Below, in pieces: positions 24,840 to 45,776 of a stretch of 45,776 nucleotides of DNA. Below the pieces are notes generated by a model that saw only the letters and a program-made list of their open reading frames with translations, was not told the DNA's origin and ran no database searches. The stretch comes from Octopus sinensis. Lineage: Eukaryota. Position 1 is the stretch's first letter. The number at the start of each line of letters is the position of its first letter. Made by a program: the position numbers and the translations under genes. Where the stretch lies: the NCBI RefSeq assembly GCF_006345805.1, contig NW_021834845.1:1-45776 (forward strand), given 5' to 3'.

Positions 24840-25486
24840 TTTGTATCTTACTATGTAAAATACATTGTCTGTGTGTGTGTCCTGTATGCATGGCTAAACT
24901 TCTGGATCAATCTGTACCATACTTAGCATACATGAATAATTTGACCTAGGAAATAAGAATATGGTCTTCGTTTATTTTTTTTTAATTAAAAATAAAATAA
25001 TATTGCTGCATATACACCATATAGCATGTATATACCATATTTTCCACCTTACAATCAAATTTTTTAACATGGTGCCTTGGGTAACTGCCTAAGTTGTCAG
25101 TTCCTTGAGCAGGCCCTGACTATAATATAGTGCATAGCATAAATATGAAGGAGTCAAAGTTTACAGCCCAAAACAGGAAGGTTGACTTATAAGCCGAGAC
25201 TATTTCAGTGAACAAAATATTCCATGTGAAATACAGCAGAATTTGGAAAGATGATGATGATATTTGAATGTTTACACTAAATACTATGATGACTTGTATG
25301 TTGGAAAATATGGAATATGTAAAAGGGAATTTGTTCTGAAATATTCTAGGATTATTAAACAAGCTGTGTAAGGGGTTTTAGCATATTATTACTTTGTTTA
25401 TCATTCATTGACGTTACGTTAAAAGTGTTGCATTGTGAAATACTGCAGAATGGAGTGCAAACTGCCGCCTTGTGAAATACTTGTGT

Positions 25487-44780
<19,294 letters not shown>

Positions 44781-44954
44781 CTAACAGAGGAAGAAAAGAA
44801 AAGAAAATTTAAAGACAGATTTTTATTTTTGCACTGACTCAAACAATTCAACACACACACACCAATGAAACGAAGACCAAGTCTTCAGTAGCACAAATGA
44901 TTTCATTTAGGATACCATGTCTTCTCAAGCACAGCAAATCACCAGAAGTTTCAG

Positions 44955-44990
<36 letters not shown>

Positions 44991-45010
44991 TATCATCGTC
45001 ATCATATATA

Positions 45011-45577
45011 TTGGGTTGTCCGGAAAGTTCGTGCCAATTTATAGTAGCTTACCTTTTGACTTCTTTTAGAACATGGTTGAGTCCATAAAATAGGATTTGA
45101 GTACACCTCCATTTAGAGCACAGTTTGAGCTATCTTTTCATGGAAGAAGGTTTATATCCCTATAACCTGTGTTAATTCTGTAACCCTTTAAAATGGAAGA
45201 TAAGAGAGTTCATTTTCAGCACTTGATGCTTTGGGAACCAGACAAAAATTGCTGCAGTTCGGCTGGGATGTGTTACCCCACCCTCCATATTCACCAGATA
45301 TTGCTCCTTCAGAGTTCCACATATTCAGATCTCTGCAGAATAGTCTTAATGGTAAAAATGAAAATTCCTTGGATGATGTAACAAGATACCTTAATGAATT
45401 CTTTGCCATGAAACCACCTCAATTTGGAAAAAGAGGGTATTTTCAAGTTAAAGGAAAGATGGAGACGCATTGTGCAACAAAATGGTTCATATTTGGTTGA
45501 TTAGAAATGTAATGGCAAGTATTTATTGACCTTTTTCTTTCCTTTAAAAATCAGCATGAACTTTCCGAACAACCCAA
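45011..45577 (+). mobile_element. Internally deleted mariner element
   Basis: TA|TTGGGTTGTCCGGAAAGTTC...GAACTTTCCGAACAACCCAA|TA; transposase remnants MEDKRVHFQHLML and GWDVLPHPPYSPDIAPSEFHIF. Confidence 0.9.
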
Positions 45578-45776
45578 TACATATACACACATCAGGCTCC
45601 TTTCACTTTCCATCTACCAAATCTGCTCACTAGACTTTGGTCGACCTGAGGCTATAGTAGAAGACACTATCCCAAGGTGCCATGCAGCGGAACTGAACCC
45701 AGAATCATTTGGTTGGAAAGCAAGCTTCTTACCACACAGCTACACCTGTGCCTATAGAAATAAAACAAAACACAAA

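Overview
AT-rich, repeat-dense eukaryotic DNA, most likely octopus (coleoid cephalopod). The taxon is inferred from the tRNA-SINE families and microsatellite load, not from a database search. Two convergent protein-coding genes can be assembled by hand with GT-AG introns and consistent phases. (1) On the + strand, a complete ADPRM (Mn2+-dependent ADP-ribose/CDP-alcohol diphosphatase): CDS join(16103..16754,18531..18835), 318 aa. (2) On the - strand, the last 10 coding exons (383 aa, 44780 down to 25487) of a hexokinase-family gene whose 5' end lies beyond the window. This hexokinase is intact but has unusual changes in normally invariant motifs (NDT->SDV, WTKGF->WTKTF, a Gln->Phe at the sugar pocket, DGSG->DSSV) and is the best lead for new biology. 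The rest is three SINE families, many MITEs (Merlin-, hAT-, piggyBac- and Tc1/mariner-like, several nested), a Helitron, a solo LTR, RTE/CR1/R4-Dong LINE fragments, Penelope-type hammerhead ribozyme motifs, long hairpins, a 66-bp satellite, a minisatellite with a ~612-bp duplication and a ~2.4-kb AAT array. Most ORFs in the supplied track are microsatellite or SINE artefacts. Reference residue numbers are recalled and need an alignment to confirm.
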